Source: Squalus acanthias | Lineage: Eukaryota | Length of the DNA stretch: 64,000 nucleotides | Direction: 5' to 3' | Assembly (NCBI GenBank): GCA_030390025.1 | Contig: CM059431.1 | Location: 138,634,001 to 138,698,000 of the forward strand | Shown here: piece after piece, positions 24,476-35,430 of the stretch | Numbering within the stretch: position 1 is the stretch's first letter | How the letters are laid out: the number at the start of each line of letters is the position of its first letter | The notes under the pieces: model-generated | What the model saw: the letters and a program-made list of their open reading frames with translations, nothing else | Database searches by the model: none | What the model was told of the DNA's origin: nothing | Made by a program: the position numbers and the translations under genes

Positions 24476-27045
24476 TAAGAGCTTCTACAGGTAATTAAAA
24501 AGGAAGAGAGTAGCTGAAGTAAACGTTGGTCCTCTATAGGATGAGTCTGTGGAATTAATAATGGGAAACAGGGAAATGGTGGAGACTTTGAACAAATATT
24601 TTGTATCGGTCTTCACGTTAGAAGTCACGAAAAGCATCCCACTAATGGATAATCAAGGGACTATTGGGGTGGAGGGTAACTTAAAACAATCACTTTCACT
24701 AGAGAGAAAGTACGAGGCAAACTAATGGGACTAAACGTGGACAAGTCCCTTGGACCCGACGGCCTGCATACAAGAGTCTTAAAAAAGGTGTCTGCAGAGA
24801 TACGGGATGCATTGGTTGTAATCTACCAAAATTCCCTGGATTCTGGAGAGGTCCCAGCAGACTGTAAAACTGCAAATGTAACGCCACTATTCAAGAAAGA
24901 AAGGAGACAGAAACCAGGCAACTACAGTATTGACCAGTTAGCCTAACATCTGTCATTGGGAAAATGCTGGAGTCCATCATTAAGGAAATGATAGCAGGAC
25001 ATTTAGAAAATCATAATGGGCCAGAAATTCGGGTCGGAGGCTTCCCGCGGGTGCAAGCCCCCAACCTGCACTTACCTAGCGCACCTGCCCTTGTGTCTGG
25101 GCCCACTTGGAATACTGATCCTGGGCCTCCTCCAGCTGCCGGCGCGCAGTGCTCGCGTATCCCAGCGGCGCAGTTAGTTCGAAGCGTCCCCTAGGATCAC
25201 GTGGGCCATGGAGAGCCAATCAGAGCAGGGAATCTCCATTCATAGATTTGACAGGAAGACCTGTCAAATCTATGAATAGAGATCGGCCCCAAAACCTCAC
25301 TAAAACTTCAAATGAATTAACAAAAAAATCACATTTTAAAAATAACTATAAATTATACAAAATAACTATTTTAAACAATAATTTAAATTTTTGAAAAAAT
25401 TAATTGCAGTTTTTAACAGGGCTAAAATAAACTTACCTTTCTTTAAAGTATTTAAAAATAATAAACCTGTGGAAAAAATGTTTTAATTTTAGTTAATTCA
25501 CCACTTACCTTGTTAAAAGCTGGCCTTGCGCCTGCTTTTTCCCCGCGCAGCTGATAGGGACTTACCCTCACGGGGAAACCTGTAAAAAAAAAACACACAA
25601 AAAAACCGGAAGTTCGCTGCGTGCACGCTGCCTCCCCCGCGCACGCGGTTGAGCTCCGAACCCCTTCCTTCAAGGGAACGGAAGTTCCGGTTTCCCGTGC
25701 ATGCGCAGTGGGGACCCAAATTTCTGCCCCAATATAGTCAAGCAGAGTCAGCATGGTTTTATGAAAGTGAAATCATGTTTGACAAATTTTCTGGAGTTCT
25801 TTGAGGATGTAACGAGCAGGGTGGATAAAGGGGAACCAATAGATATCGTGTATTTGGATTTCCAGCAGGCATTCGATAAGGTGCCACATACAAGGCTACT
25901 ATACAATATAAGAGCTCAGGGGGTTGGGGGTAATATATCAGCATGGATAGAGGATTGGCTAACTGACAGAAAACAGAGAGTCAGGATAAAAGGGTCAATT
26001 TCAGGTTGGCAAACTGTAACTAGTGGGGTGCGGCCGGGATCAGTGCTAGGGCCTCAACTATTTACAATCTATATTAATGACGTGGATGAAGGGACCGAGT
26101 GTAATGTAGCCAAATTTGCTGATGATCCAAAGAGAGTTGGGAAAGCAAATTGTAAGGAGGACGCAAAGAATCTGCAAAGGGATATAGATAGGCTAAGTGA
26201 GTGGACAGGAATCTGGGAGATGAGTATTATTTGGGAAAATGCGAGGTTATCCACTTTGGTAGGAAAAATGAAAAAACAAATTATTATTTAAATGAGGAGG
26301 GATTCCAAAATGCTGAGGTACAGAGGGATCTGGGGATCCTTGTACACGAATCACAAAAAGTTAGCATGCAGGCACAGCAAGTAATTAGGAAGACAAATGG
26401 AGTGCTGGCCTTTATTGCAAAGGGAATGGAGTATAAAAGTAGGGAAGTCTTGTTACAACTGTACAGGATGTTGGTGAGACCACACCTGGAGTACTGCGTA
26501 CAGTTTTGGTTTCCTTATTTAAGGAAGGATATACTTGCATTGGAGGCAGTTCTGAGAAGGTTCACAAGGTTGATTCTGGAGATGAAAGGGTTGTCTTAGG
26601 AAGAAAGGTTGGGCCTATACTCATTGGAGTTTAGAAGAATGAGAGGGGATCTTATTGAAACATATAAGATTCTGAAGGGGCTTGACAGGGTAGATGTTGA
26701 GAGGATGTTTCCCCTCGGGGAGGTGGGGGGACCTAGAACTCGTGGGCACAGTCTCAGAATAAGGGGTCCCCCATTTAAAACAGAGATAAGGAGGAATTTC
26801 TTCTCTCAGATGGTCGTGAATCTGGAATTCTCTGCCCCAGAAAGATGTGGAGGCTGTGTCATTGAACATATTTAAGGCGGAGATAGACAGATTTTTGAAT
26901 GGTAAGTGAGCCAAGGGTTAAGGGGAGCGGGCAAGGAATTGGAGTTGAGGCCACGATCAGATCAGCTATGATCTTATTGAATAGCAGAGCAGGGTCGAGG
27001 GGCCAAATGACCTCCTCCTGCTCCTTCGTCTTATGTTCTTAGGTT
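24476..27045 (+). mobile_element. CR1 LINE 3' half, interrupted by a MITE
   Basis: [61 protein letters not shown]; tail cttatgttctt. Confidence 0.93.
25018..25730. mobile_element. Harbinger-type MITE (713 bp), related to 17160-17901 in opposite orientation
   Basis: TIRs GGGCCAGAAATTCGGGTC / GACCCAAATTTCTGCCCC; 3-bp TSD AAT; removing it restores the CR1 sequence gaaaatcataatatagtcaagcag. Confidence 0.9.
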
Positions 27046-27806
27046 CTTATAATGTAGATAGACAGAGAGGGATGGGTGGAGGTGCAAGGTAAGTTGATGT
27101 GAGTAAGGATGTGCAGGAGTAGGGTAGGGAAGGCCGAGTGATGAGTGACACAGCAGGATGAGGCTGAGTGTGGCTTTGCAGTAAAGTTTCGTGATCAACT
27201 GATATCATTGAAATGGTTGCGCTACTGCAGCCTCATCCTCCTGACGACATTCCTGCTTGTGTCCTCCTGTGCAATGTGCAACCAGGCTGTGTTGGTCTCC
27301 TGGGGAGATCTCTTCTGCCCATTGGAAGGGAAGGTAACCTCCCTGCGTGCTGTGACTCCCTCCATAAGCATATGGAGGGAGTTATGGGAGAGCCTGGGTG
27401 CAGCCGTGCTCCTCTGTGCAGAGGTTGTCAGTGTTTGCAGCACCTCAATACTGTAGAACACTGACATCACAATGGTCAAACTCAATTTGGCCATTGGCCT
27501 TTTAAGGAAACGGGCTGCTGGCGCATCCTCAATGACGTCATCAGACCTGCTTCCTCTAATTGGTCGGGAAACGCGCTGGGCGGGTCTTAACCAGCCAATC
27601 AAGGGAAAGTCTTTCTACAGAGCGGGGCCGTGACCCGCCACCGACCCCGGCCGCACCCGACCCGTCCAGGTAGGGAAATCACATGGGGAAACCGGGTTAT
27701 TAATTTCCTGAAGTACTTTCAGAGATTGCTATGATATCCGAGAGAGAAAAATATAACAGATCCGGGGTTTGATTCAGTTTGTTCCTCACTCTCTGTTTGT
27801 GTTTAG

Positions 27807-27893
27807 ACTGGGGAACAATAAACTGGGAGATTCAGGAGTAAAACTAGTGTCTGCGGCTCTGAGGAACCCGGAATGTAAAATACAGGAACTGGA
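27807..27893 (+). CDS. NLR gene LRR exon (87 nt)
   Basis: gtttag|ACTGGGG...CTGGA|gtaagt; [28 protein letters not shown]; phase 2-2. Confidence 0.92.
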
Positions 27894-28036
27894 GTAAGTA
27901 CCAGACTGTGTGAGATTGTGTTCATGATAACTGGATGTCTGACACTGTACATTATTAATAGTATCTGTAATAGTGTTATTTATAGACTCTGGGGATTTAC
28001 TCTGGTTCCTGCTATTTCTCTCTCTCTGATCCCCAG

Positions 28037-28207
28037 GCTGTATGATGTCGGTCTCACAGGTTCTTGTGCCGAGGATCTCGCCTCCGCTCTCAGTACAAAC
28101 CGCTCACTGACGGATCTGTATCTGGGTAATAATAAATTGGGAGATTCAGGAGTGAAACTAGTGTCTGCGGCTCTGAGGAACCCAGACTGTAAAATACAGG
28201 AACTGTG
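28037..28207 (+). CDS. NLR gene LRR exon (171 nt)
   Basis: ccccag|...|gtaagt; [56 protein letters not shown]. Confidence 0.93.
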
Positions 28208-28344
28208 GTAAGTACCAGACTGTGTGAGATTGTGTTTATAATAACTGGATGTCTAACACTGTACATTATTATTATCAGTAATAGTGTTATTAATAAACTC
28301 TGGCGAATTACCCTGATTCCTGTTATTTCTCTCTCTGATCCCAG

Positions 28345-28515
28345 GCTGGATGCTGTCGGTCTCACAGATTCTTGTGCCGGGGATCTCGTCTCCGCTCTCA
28401 GTACAAACCGATCACTGACGGTTCTGGACCTGGGTTATAATAAACTGGGAGATTCAGGAATGAAACTGCTGTTTGCGACTCTGAGGAACCCGGAATGTAA
28501 AATACAGTCACTGCA
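28345..28515 (+). CDS. NLR gene LRR exon (171 nt)
   Basis: cccag|...|gtaagt; [56 protein letters not shown]. Confidence 0.93.
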
Positions 28516-28655
28516 GTAAGTGCCAGACTCTGAGATTGTGTTTATAATAACTGGATGTCTAACACTGTACATTATTATTAGTATCAGTAATAGAGTTATT
28601 AATAAACACTGGGGATTTACTCTGATTCCTATTATTTCTCTCTCTTTGATCCCAG

Positions 28656-28826
28656 TCTATGGGATGTCGGTCTCACAGATTCTTGTGCCGAGGATTTCGC
28701 CTCCGCTCTCAGTACAAACCGGTCACTGACGGAGCTGAACCTGAGTAAGAATAAACTGGGAGATTCAGGAGTGAAACAATTGTCTGTTGCTCTGAGGAAC
28801 CCAGAGTGTAAAATACAGCAACTGCG
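28656..28826 (+). CDS. NLR gene LRR exon (171 nt)
   Basis: cccag|...|gtaagt; [56 protein letters not shown]. Confidence 0.93.
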
Positions 28827-28967
28827 GTAAGTACCAGACTGTGTGAGATTGTGTTTATAATAACTGGATGTCTGACACTGTACATTATTATTCGAATCAG
28901 TAATAGAGTTATTAATAAACTCTGGGGATTTACCCTGATTCCTGTTATTTCTCTCTCTGAACCCCAG

Positions 28968-29138
28968 GCTGGATGCTGTCGGTCTCACAGATTCTTGTGC
29001 CGGGGATCTCGTCTCCGCTCTCAGTACAAACCGCTCACTGACGGTTCTGAATCTGGGTAATAATAAACTGGGAGATTCAGGAGTGAAACTACTGTCTGTG
29101 GCTCTGAGGAACCCGGACTGTAAAATACAGAAACTGCG
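28968..29138 (+). CDS. NLR gene LRR exon (171 nt)
   Basis: ccccag|...|gtaagt; [56 protein letters not shown]. Confidence 0.93.
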
Positions 29139-29168
29139 GTAAGTACCAGACTGTGAGATTATGTTTAT

Positions 29169-30135
29169 TCTTCTCTTCTTAGGCATTCCCTCGGAACCGA
29201 GGATGACTTGCTTCCACATTAAAAATGAGTTCTCAGGTGACTGATGAGTCCAATGCGGGACCTACAGTCTCTGTCACAGGTGGGGCAGACGGTGGTTGAA
29301 GGGGCGGGTGGGTGGGGTGCTAGGGTTGACGTGCGCTCCTTGCGCTGCTTGCGCTGGGCTTCCGCTTGCTCCCGGCGAAGAGACTCGAGGTGTTTGGCGC
29401 CTTCCCGGATGCTTCTCCTCCACTTTGTGCGGTCTTGGGCCAGGGATTCACAGGTGTCGGTGGGGATGTTACACTTTTTCAAGGAGGCTTTGAGGGTGTC
29501 CTTGAAGCGTTTCCTCTGCCCACCTAGGGCTCTCTTGCCGTACCAGAACTCCGAGTAGAGCGCTTGTTTTGGGAGTCTCGTATCGGGCATGCGGACAATG
29601 TGACCCGTCCATCGGAGCTGATCGAGCGTGGTCAAAGCCTCGATGCTGGGGATGTTGGCCTGAGCAAGAACTCTGACGTTGGTGCGCCTATCCTGCCAAT
29701 GGATTTGCAGGATCTTGCGGAGGCAGCGTTGGTGGTACCTCTCCAGTGCTTTGAGGTGCCTGCTGTACATGGTCCATGTCTCTGAGGCATACAGCAGGGT
29801 GGGTATCACTGCTGCTCTGTAGACCATGAGCTTAGTGCCGGGTTTGAGGTCCTGGTCTTCAAACACTCTCTTCCTCACGCGACCGAAGGCTGCACTGGCA
29901 CACTGAAGGCGGTGTTGGACTTCGTCATCGACGTCTGCCCTTGTTGACAGTAGGCTCCTGAGGTATGGAAAGTGGTCCACGTTGTCCAAGGCCTTGTCGT
30001 GGATTTTGATAATCGGGGGGCAGTACTGTGTGGCGGGGGCAGGTTGGTAGAGGACCTTTGTCTTACGGATGTTTAGTGTAAGGCCCATGCTCTCGTACGC
30101 TTCGGTGAAGGTGTTGACGATGGTTTGGAGTTCGA
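29169..30135 (-). mobile_element. RTE-clade (BovB-like) LINE, 5'-truncated, open reading frame preserved
   Basis: GLTLNIRKTKVL, FPYLRSLLS, LLYASETWT, LRWTGHIVRMPDTRLPKQ, C-terminal CPTC...HLRTH zinc knuckle; tail gaagcaagtcatcctcg...aagaagagaaga. Confidence 0.93.
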
Positions 30136-30256
30136 CCTCCGCTCTCGGTACAAACCGCTCACTGACGGTTCTGAATATGGGTAATAATAAACTGGGAGAT
30201 TCAGGAGTGAAACTACTGTCTCTGAGGAACCCGGACTGTAAAATACAGAAACTGCG
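30136..30256 (+). pseudogene. Decapitated LRR exon (native acceptor and 5' part deleted at the RTE junction)
   Basis: [39 protein letters not shown] with intact |gtaagt donor and a 6-nt deletion relative to sister exons. Confidence 0.85.
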
Positions 30257-30397
30257 GTAAGTACCAGACTGTGAGATTGTGTTTATAATAATTGGATGTC
30301 TAACAGAGTACAATATTATTAGAATCAGTAATAGTATTATCAATAAACACTGGGGATTTATTCTGATTCCTGTTATTTCTCTCTCTCTGATCCCCAG

Positions 30398-30565
30398 GCT
30401 GCGTGATGTCGGTCTCACAGATTCTTGTGCCGAGGATCTCGCCTCCGCTCTCAGTACAAACCGCTCACTGACGGGTCTGAATCTGGAATCAAACTCCTTC
30501 ACAGACCAATCTGTCCCCGCTCTCCGCCATCTCATACTGACCTGCAGGAGTCTGGAGCGGATCCG
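30398..30565 (+). CDS. NLR gene penultimate LRR exon (168 nt)
   Basis: ccccag|...ATCCG|gtgagt; [55 protein letters not shown]. Confidence 0.92.
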
Positions 30566-30736
30566 GTGAGTGTTTGTGTTAATGTTTAATGTAATAAATG
30601 AAATATAAATGGATTCAGTCACTTTTATGGGTAATATTTGTCTGTAATTATTATTGAAATATTAACCCCAGTCTCCCTGTTACTTACACTGTTGTTCAAT
30701 CTGTTTATTTACTGTTTAATCTTTAATCTGTTTCAG

Positions 30737-30824
30737 GCTGTTGGGGAATCAGTTCAGTTCAAATGGAAAGAATAAGCTGGAGTCGCTGCGGGGATCCAGA
30801 CGTGGACTGAGAGTGGATGTGTGA
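30737..30824 (+). CDS. NLR gene terminal coding exon
   Basis: tttcag|GCTGTTG...; LLGNQFSSNGKNKLESLRGSRRGLRVDV then TGA. Confidence 0.9.
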
Positions 30825-31164
30825 ACATTTCAATTGATGACCATCACTGGTCTTATAATATGACCATTTTTGGCCGATTTTCTGACCCTTCCCTTTAAGT
30901 GGCCGCGCTCCGGGTTTAAATCCTATCGGCCCCTTTAAGTGTTTCCAGCTCGAGCTGAGCGAGCATCATCTCCCATTGTGAGGTCAGAGGCCCAGACACA
31001 GGGTCACGAGACTCAGCCGCCCGGCCCCACAGCGCTGCTTCTGCAGGATATCCGGGGCTGAATGTTCCCAATGGGGCACTGGGGAAATGCACAGACAGGA
31101 AGGGCCCAGGGTGGGGCTCAGTCTGGGCTGCAGTGGGACACTGACAATCTCACTCAGTATTGCT

Positions 31165-32442
31165 GGGTGTCTCAGTGAGGTGTCAGACTCTGTAACAAGT
31201 GTCGCTGTGTACAGTGTGTGTCACTCCCAGTGAGGAGTCAGACTGTAACAAGTGTCCCTGTGTACAGTGTGTGTCTCTCCCAGTGAGGAGTCAGACTGTA
31301 ACAAGTGTCCCTGTGTACAGTGTGTGTCTCTCCCAGTGAGGAGTCAGGCTCTGTAACAAGTGTCCCTGTGTACAGTGTGTCTCTCCCAGTGAGGGGTCAG
31401 ACTTTGTAACAAGTGTCCCTGTGTACAGTGTGTGTCTCTCCCAGTGAGGAGTCGGACTCTGTAACAAGTGTCCCTGTGTACAGTGTGTGTCTCACCCAGT
31501 GAGGAGTCGGACTCTGTAACAAGTGTCTCTGTGTAGAGTGTGTGTCTCCCCCAGTGAGGAGTCAGACTCTGTAACAAGTGTCCCTCTGTACAGTGTGTGT
31601 CCCTCCCAGTGAGGGTTCAGACTTTGTAACAAGTGTCTCTCCCAGTGAGGAGTCAGACTCTGTAACAAGTGTCCCTGTGTACAGTGTGTGTCTCCCAGTG
31701 AGGAGTCAGACTCTGTAACAAGTGTCCCTGTGTACAGTGTGTGTCTCTCCCAGTGAGGAGTCGGACTCTGTAACAAGTGTCCCTGTGTACAGTGCGTGTC
31801 TCTCCCAGTGAGGAGTCAGACTCTGTAACAAGTGTCCCTGTGTACAGTGTGTGTCTCCCAGTGAGGAGTCAGACTCTGTAACAAGTGTCCCTGTGTACAG
31901 TGTGTGTCTCTCCCAGTGAGGAGTCGGACTCTGTAACAAGTGTCCCTGTGTACAGTGTGTGTCTCTCCCAGTGAGGAGTCGGACTCTGTAACAAGTGTCC
32001 CTGTGTACAGTGCGTGTCTCTCCCAGTGAGGAGTCAGACTCTGTAACAAGTGTCCCTGTGTACAGTGTGTGTCTCTCCCAGTGTGGAGTCGGACTCTGTA
32101 ACAAGTGTCCATGTGTGCAGTGTGTGTCTCTCCCAGTGAGGAGTCAGAATCTGTCACAAGTGTCCCTGTGTACAGTGTGTGTCTCTCCCAGTGAGGAGTC
32201 AGACTCTGTAACAAGTGTCCCTGTGTACAGTGTGTGTCTCTCCCAGTGAAGATTCAGACTCTGTAACAAGTGTCCCTGTGTACAGTGTGTGTGTCTCCCA
32301 GTGAGGAGTCAGACTCTGTAACAAGTGTCCCTGTGTACAGTGTGTGTCTCTCCCAGTGTGGATTCAGACTCTGTCACAAGTGTCCCTGTGTACAGTGTGT
32401 GTCTCTCCCAGTGTGGAGTCTGACTCTGTAACAAGTGTCCCT
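31165..32442. repeat. ~56-bp minisatellite (~23 copies) downstream of the NLR stop codon
   Basis: Unit CCCAGTGAGGAGTCAGACTCTGTAACAAGTGTCCCTGTGTACAGTGTGTGTCTCT. Confidence 0.97.
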
Positions 32443-32750
32443 ACAACCCTCCGAGATCTCTCCACTCCTCTGGCCTGTTGCACATCCTCGATTTTCGTTG
32501 CTCCACATTGGCACCTTGACTTCAGCTGCCAAGGCCCAAAACTCTGGAATTCCCGCTCTAAACCTCTTCGCAGCTCTACCTCTCTCTCCTCCTTCTTTAA
32601 ACGCTTTTTAAAACCTACTAGTTTCACCAAGCTTTGGGCCATCTCTCCTAAAATCTCTTTATGTGGCTCAGTGTCAAATGTTGTCTGCTAATTGCCTTGT
32701 GTCCTTTCATTACATTGAAGCTGCTATATAAATTCAAGTTATTGTTGTCC
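32440..32750 (+). mobile_element. L2 LINE 3' end
   Basis: ctacaaccctccgagatctc...ctctggaattcc...caagttattgttg, matching 18390-18705. Confidence 0.8.
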
Positions 32751-32762
32751 CTGTGTTGTGTT

Positions 32763-32768
32763 AATAAA
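32763..32768 (+). terminator. Candidate poly(A) signal of the NLR transcript (alternatives near 32814 and 32843)
   Basis: First AATAAA I find after the stop codon; usage is inferred. Confidence 0.4.
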
Positions 32769-34602
32769 ACTCCACCGCTTATGTCAACTCACGCCTGGTC
32801 TCCTCGACATTTTCAATAACTTCTTATTGTTTTAATATACTGAATAAAATTTTCTCTAAAGTACATCCCACCTTCTCCCCCTCTGGGGGAGGCCTCAGTC
32901 CGTCCCCTCTGGGGGAGGCCTCGGTCAGTCCCCTCTGGAGGAGGTCTGAAAGTAAAAGCTGCTATGTGATCTTTGCATTCTTCTAATTCCCCTCCACTCA
33001 AATCAGGACAAGACAGGCTGGCAGGCAGTTTGAGGGACACACAAAATAAAGACAACGTGCAGAATAGAAATGAAAACAGAAAATGCTGGAAATACTCAGC
33101 AGGTCAGGCGGCATCTGTGAAGAGAGAAGCAGTGTTCATGTTTCAGGTCGATGACGTTTCGTCAGAACCATGACAGAATCTGACGAATGGTAATCGAGAT
33201 GAAATGTTAACTCTGTTTCTCTTTCTCTCTCCACAGATGCTGCCTGACCTGCTGAGTATTTCCAGCATTTTTCTGTTTTTATTCCCAATTTCAGCATCAG
33301 CAGTATTTTGCTTTTGATGCAGAATAGAAAGCCTGTATCTGTAGGCCGCAAAATGAAAAGATAAGATACTGAAAAGTGTCTTTTTACTTTTAAACTGCCA
33401 AACACAGCAGAGCAATGAGAGAAAAAAACTTTCTTTCATTGCTGATGGTGTTGTGTGGCAATTTTGCAGGCTGGCCTGTGCGTGTGTGTGTGTGTGAGAG
33501 AGAGAGAGAGACAGCAAAAGCTGGTGTGTAAGCAGGGCTTGACTGAGTTCGAGTTACCTGCTGTGTGCATTGATATTGCATCTCATGTCTGAAAAAAACA
33601 GATAGTATACACCATTAGATCATACTGATTTAATTCCAGACTGCAATGCTGTGGGATCTTACTTTGCCTTTCTTTCAAGACTTTAGTAAAAAGAGAAGCT
33701 ACATATATACATCAAGCCAATTGATTTTTTTCTAGACTGGACTTTATCGAGGAATTTTTGTGGGGTGTTTCAGATCATATCCTGCGGTGGGATCTTACTC
33801 TACCATTAAGCCCAAACCAAGTCAAGACTTTTGTAAAAACAAAGTATATATATATATTTTTTAAAATATTTTCAGAATAATCCATTTGATGTTTTTTGGG
33901 ACTGGGCTTTATTGGGGAATGTGCTTGGGTGTTTTCAGAGCAAAAGCTGCTCTGCGATCATTCCATTCATTTTATTCCATTCCACGCAAATCACAGACAG
34001 GCAGACATTTAGTTAACAAAAGTAAAGTAGATATATTATTATTTATCCCTGATTGTATTTCCTTTTCACTCTCCCTGCCTTTCATTTCCTCGTGGGGACC
34101 CGGAATTCACCGGCCTTGGCTTCACCTCTTCCTGTTGGATTGTCCTCATCAAACATGGCTGCCGATCAGGAAGGGACATCATCAAAAGTAGGCACTCCCA
34201 GGCTGCACCCCTTTCAAAATGGATGTGTGTGTGTGAGTTTCTGCAAATTGCAGAGTCTGTGTGAGTGTGTCTGTAAGTGAGTGGGTGTCTGTGTGTCTGC
34301 AAATTGCAGAGTCTGTGTGACGGTGTCTGTGTGGGTGTCTGTGTGTCTGCAAATTGCAGAGTCTGTGTGAGTGGGTGTCATGTTACTGTACATTTTAGTT
34401 CAATGCGGGTGGGAGACTGAATGAGTTACAGTCAGACACACAATCAGTGAGAGCAAGAGAGACATGAAATCAAAAGGCAAGTTGCAGAATAGAAAGCCTG
34501 TTTCTGTAAGCCACAAAGTTAAAAGATAAGATACTGAAAAGTGTCTTTTTGATATTAATCTTCCAACACGGCAGTCGTCCCTCTGTAGGCTGGCCAGGCT
34601 GT

Positions 34603-34633
<31 letters not shown>

Positions 34634-35363
34634 AGGGGTAAAGCTGGTGTTTGTGTGAGATGTGGTCTGCTGTCTTATTACCAGCTGTTGTTGTATTAAA
34701 CCCTATTGATTTCATTCTGGCCTAGTCCACATGTAATGCTGTTGTGTATCACTTTATTGCACTTTATTTCATTTCACTTCACTTCAAGACAGACAGTCAG
34801 TCAATGAGATACTGAAAAAAGTCTGTGTACTGTCTGACAAAAGCTGCTCTGGGATCTTTGCATTCTTTTTATTCCACTCTACTCAAATCAAGACAAGGCA
34901 GGCTGGCAGGCAGTGAGAGAGACACATGAAATCAAGACAACATGCAGAATAGAAATAAAAACAGAAAATGCTGGAAATACTCAGTAGGTTAGGCAGCATC
35001 AGTGGAGATACAGAGAAACAGAGTAAATGTTTCAGCTCGATAATCTTTTGTCAGAACCTTGCCAGAATCTGACAAAAGGTAATCGAGCTGAAACATTAAC
35101 TCTGTTTCTCTCTCTCTCTCACAGATGCTGCCTTACCTGCTGAGTATTTCCAGCATTTTCTGTTTTTATTTCAGATTTCCCACATCCACAGCATTTGCTT
35201 TTGATGCAGAATGGAAAGCCTGTTTCTGCCGGCCGCTAAATTAAAAGATAAAATACTGAAAACTGTCTGTTTGCTTTTAAACTGCCAAACAGAGCAGAGC
35301 AATGAGAGAAATCAACTTTCTTTCATTGCTGACAGTGATTTGTGGCAATTTTGCAGGTTGGCC

Positions 35364-35402
<39 letters not shown>

Positions 35403-35430
35403 CAAACAGACAGCAACAGCTGGTGTGTTT

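Larger units (their letters stand above)
22712..27680. mobile_element. Non-autonomous Harbinger derivative hosting nested CR1s and a MITE
   Basis: GC-rich ends with complementary motifs (ggtggtgggtcggg / cccgccaccgacccc); Myb/SANT remnant on the minus strand at 27222-27602 (APRLSHNSLHMLMEGVTARREVTFP...AWLHIA); homologous to 14488-15930. Confidence 0.65.

Noticed and set aside
29219..30622. 467-aa minus-strand ORF as a novel fusion protein
   Set aside because: Its N-terminal part is antisense LRR exon/intron sequence that happens to run in frame into the truncated RTE; no evidence for a real start or promoter.
31165..32442. CRISPR-like appearance and repetitive ORFs of the 56-bp array (also the 41-bp array at 18820)
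   Set aside because: Head-to-tail repeats with no unique spacers, no cas genes, and a vertebrate context.
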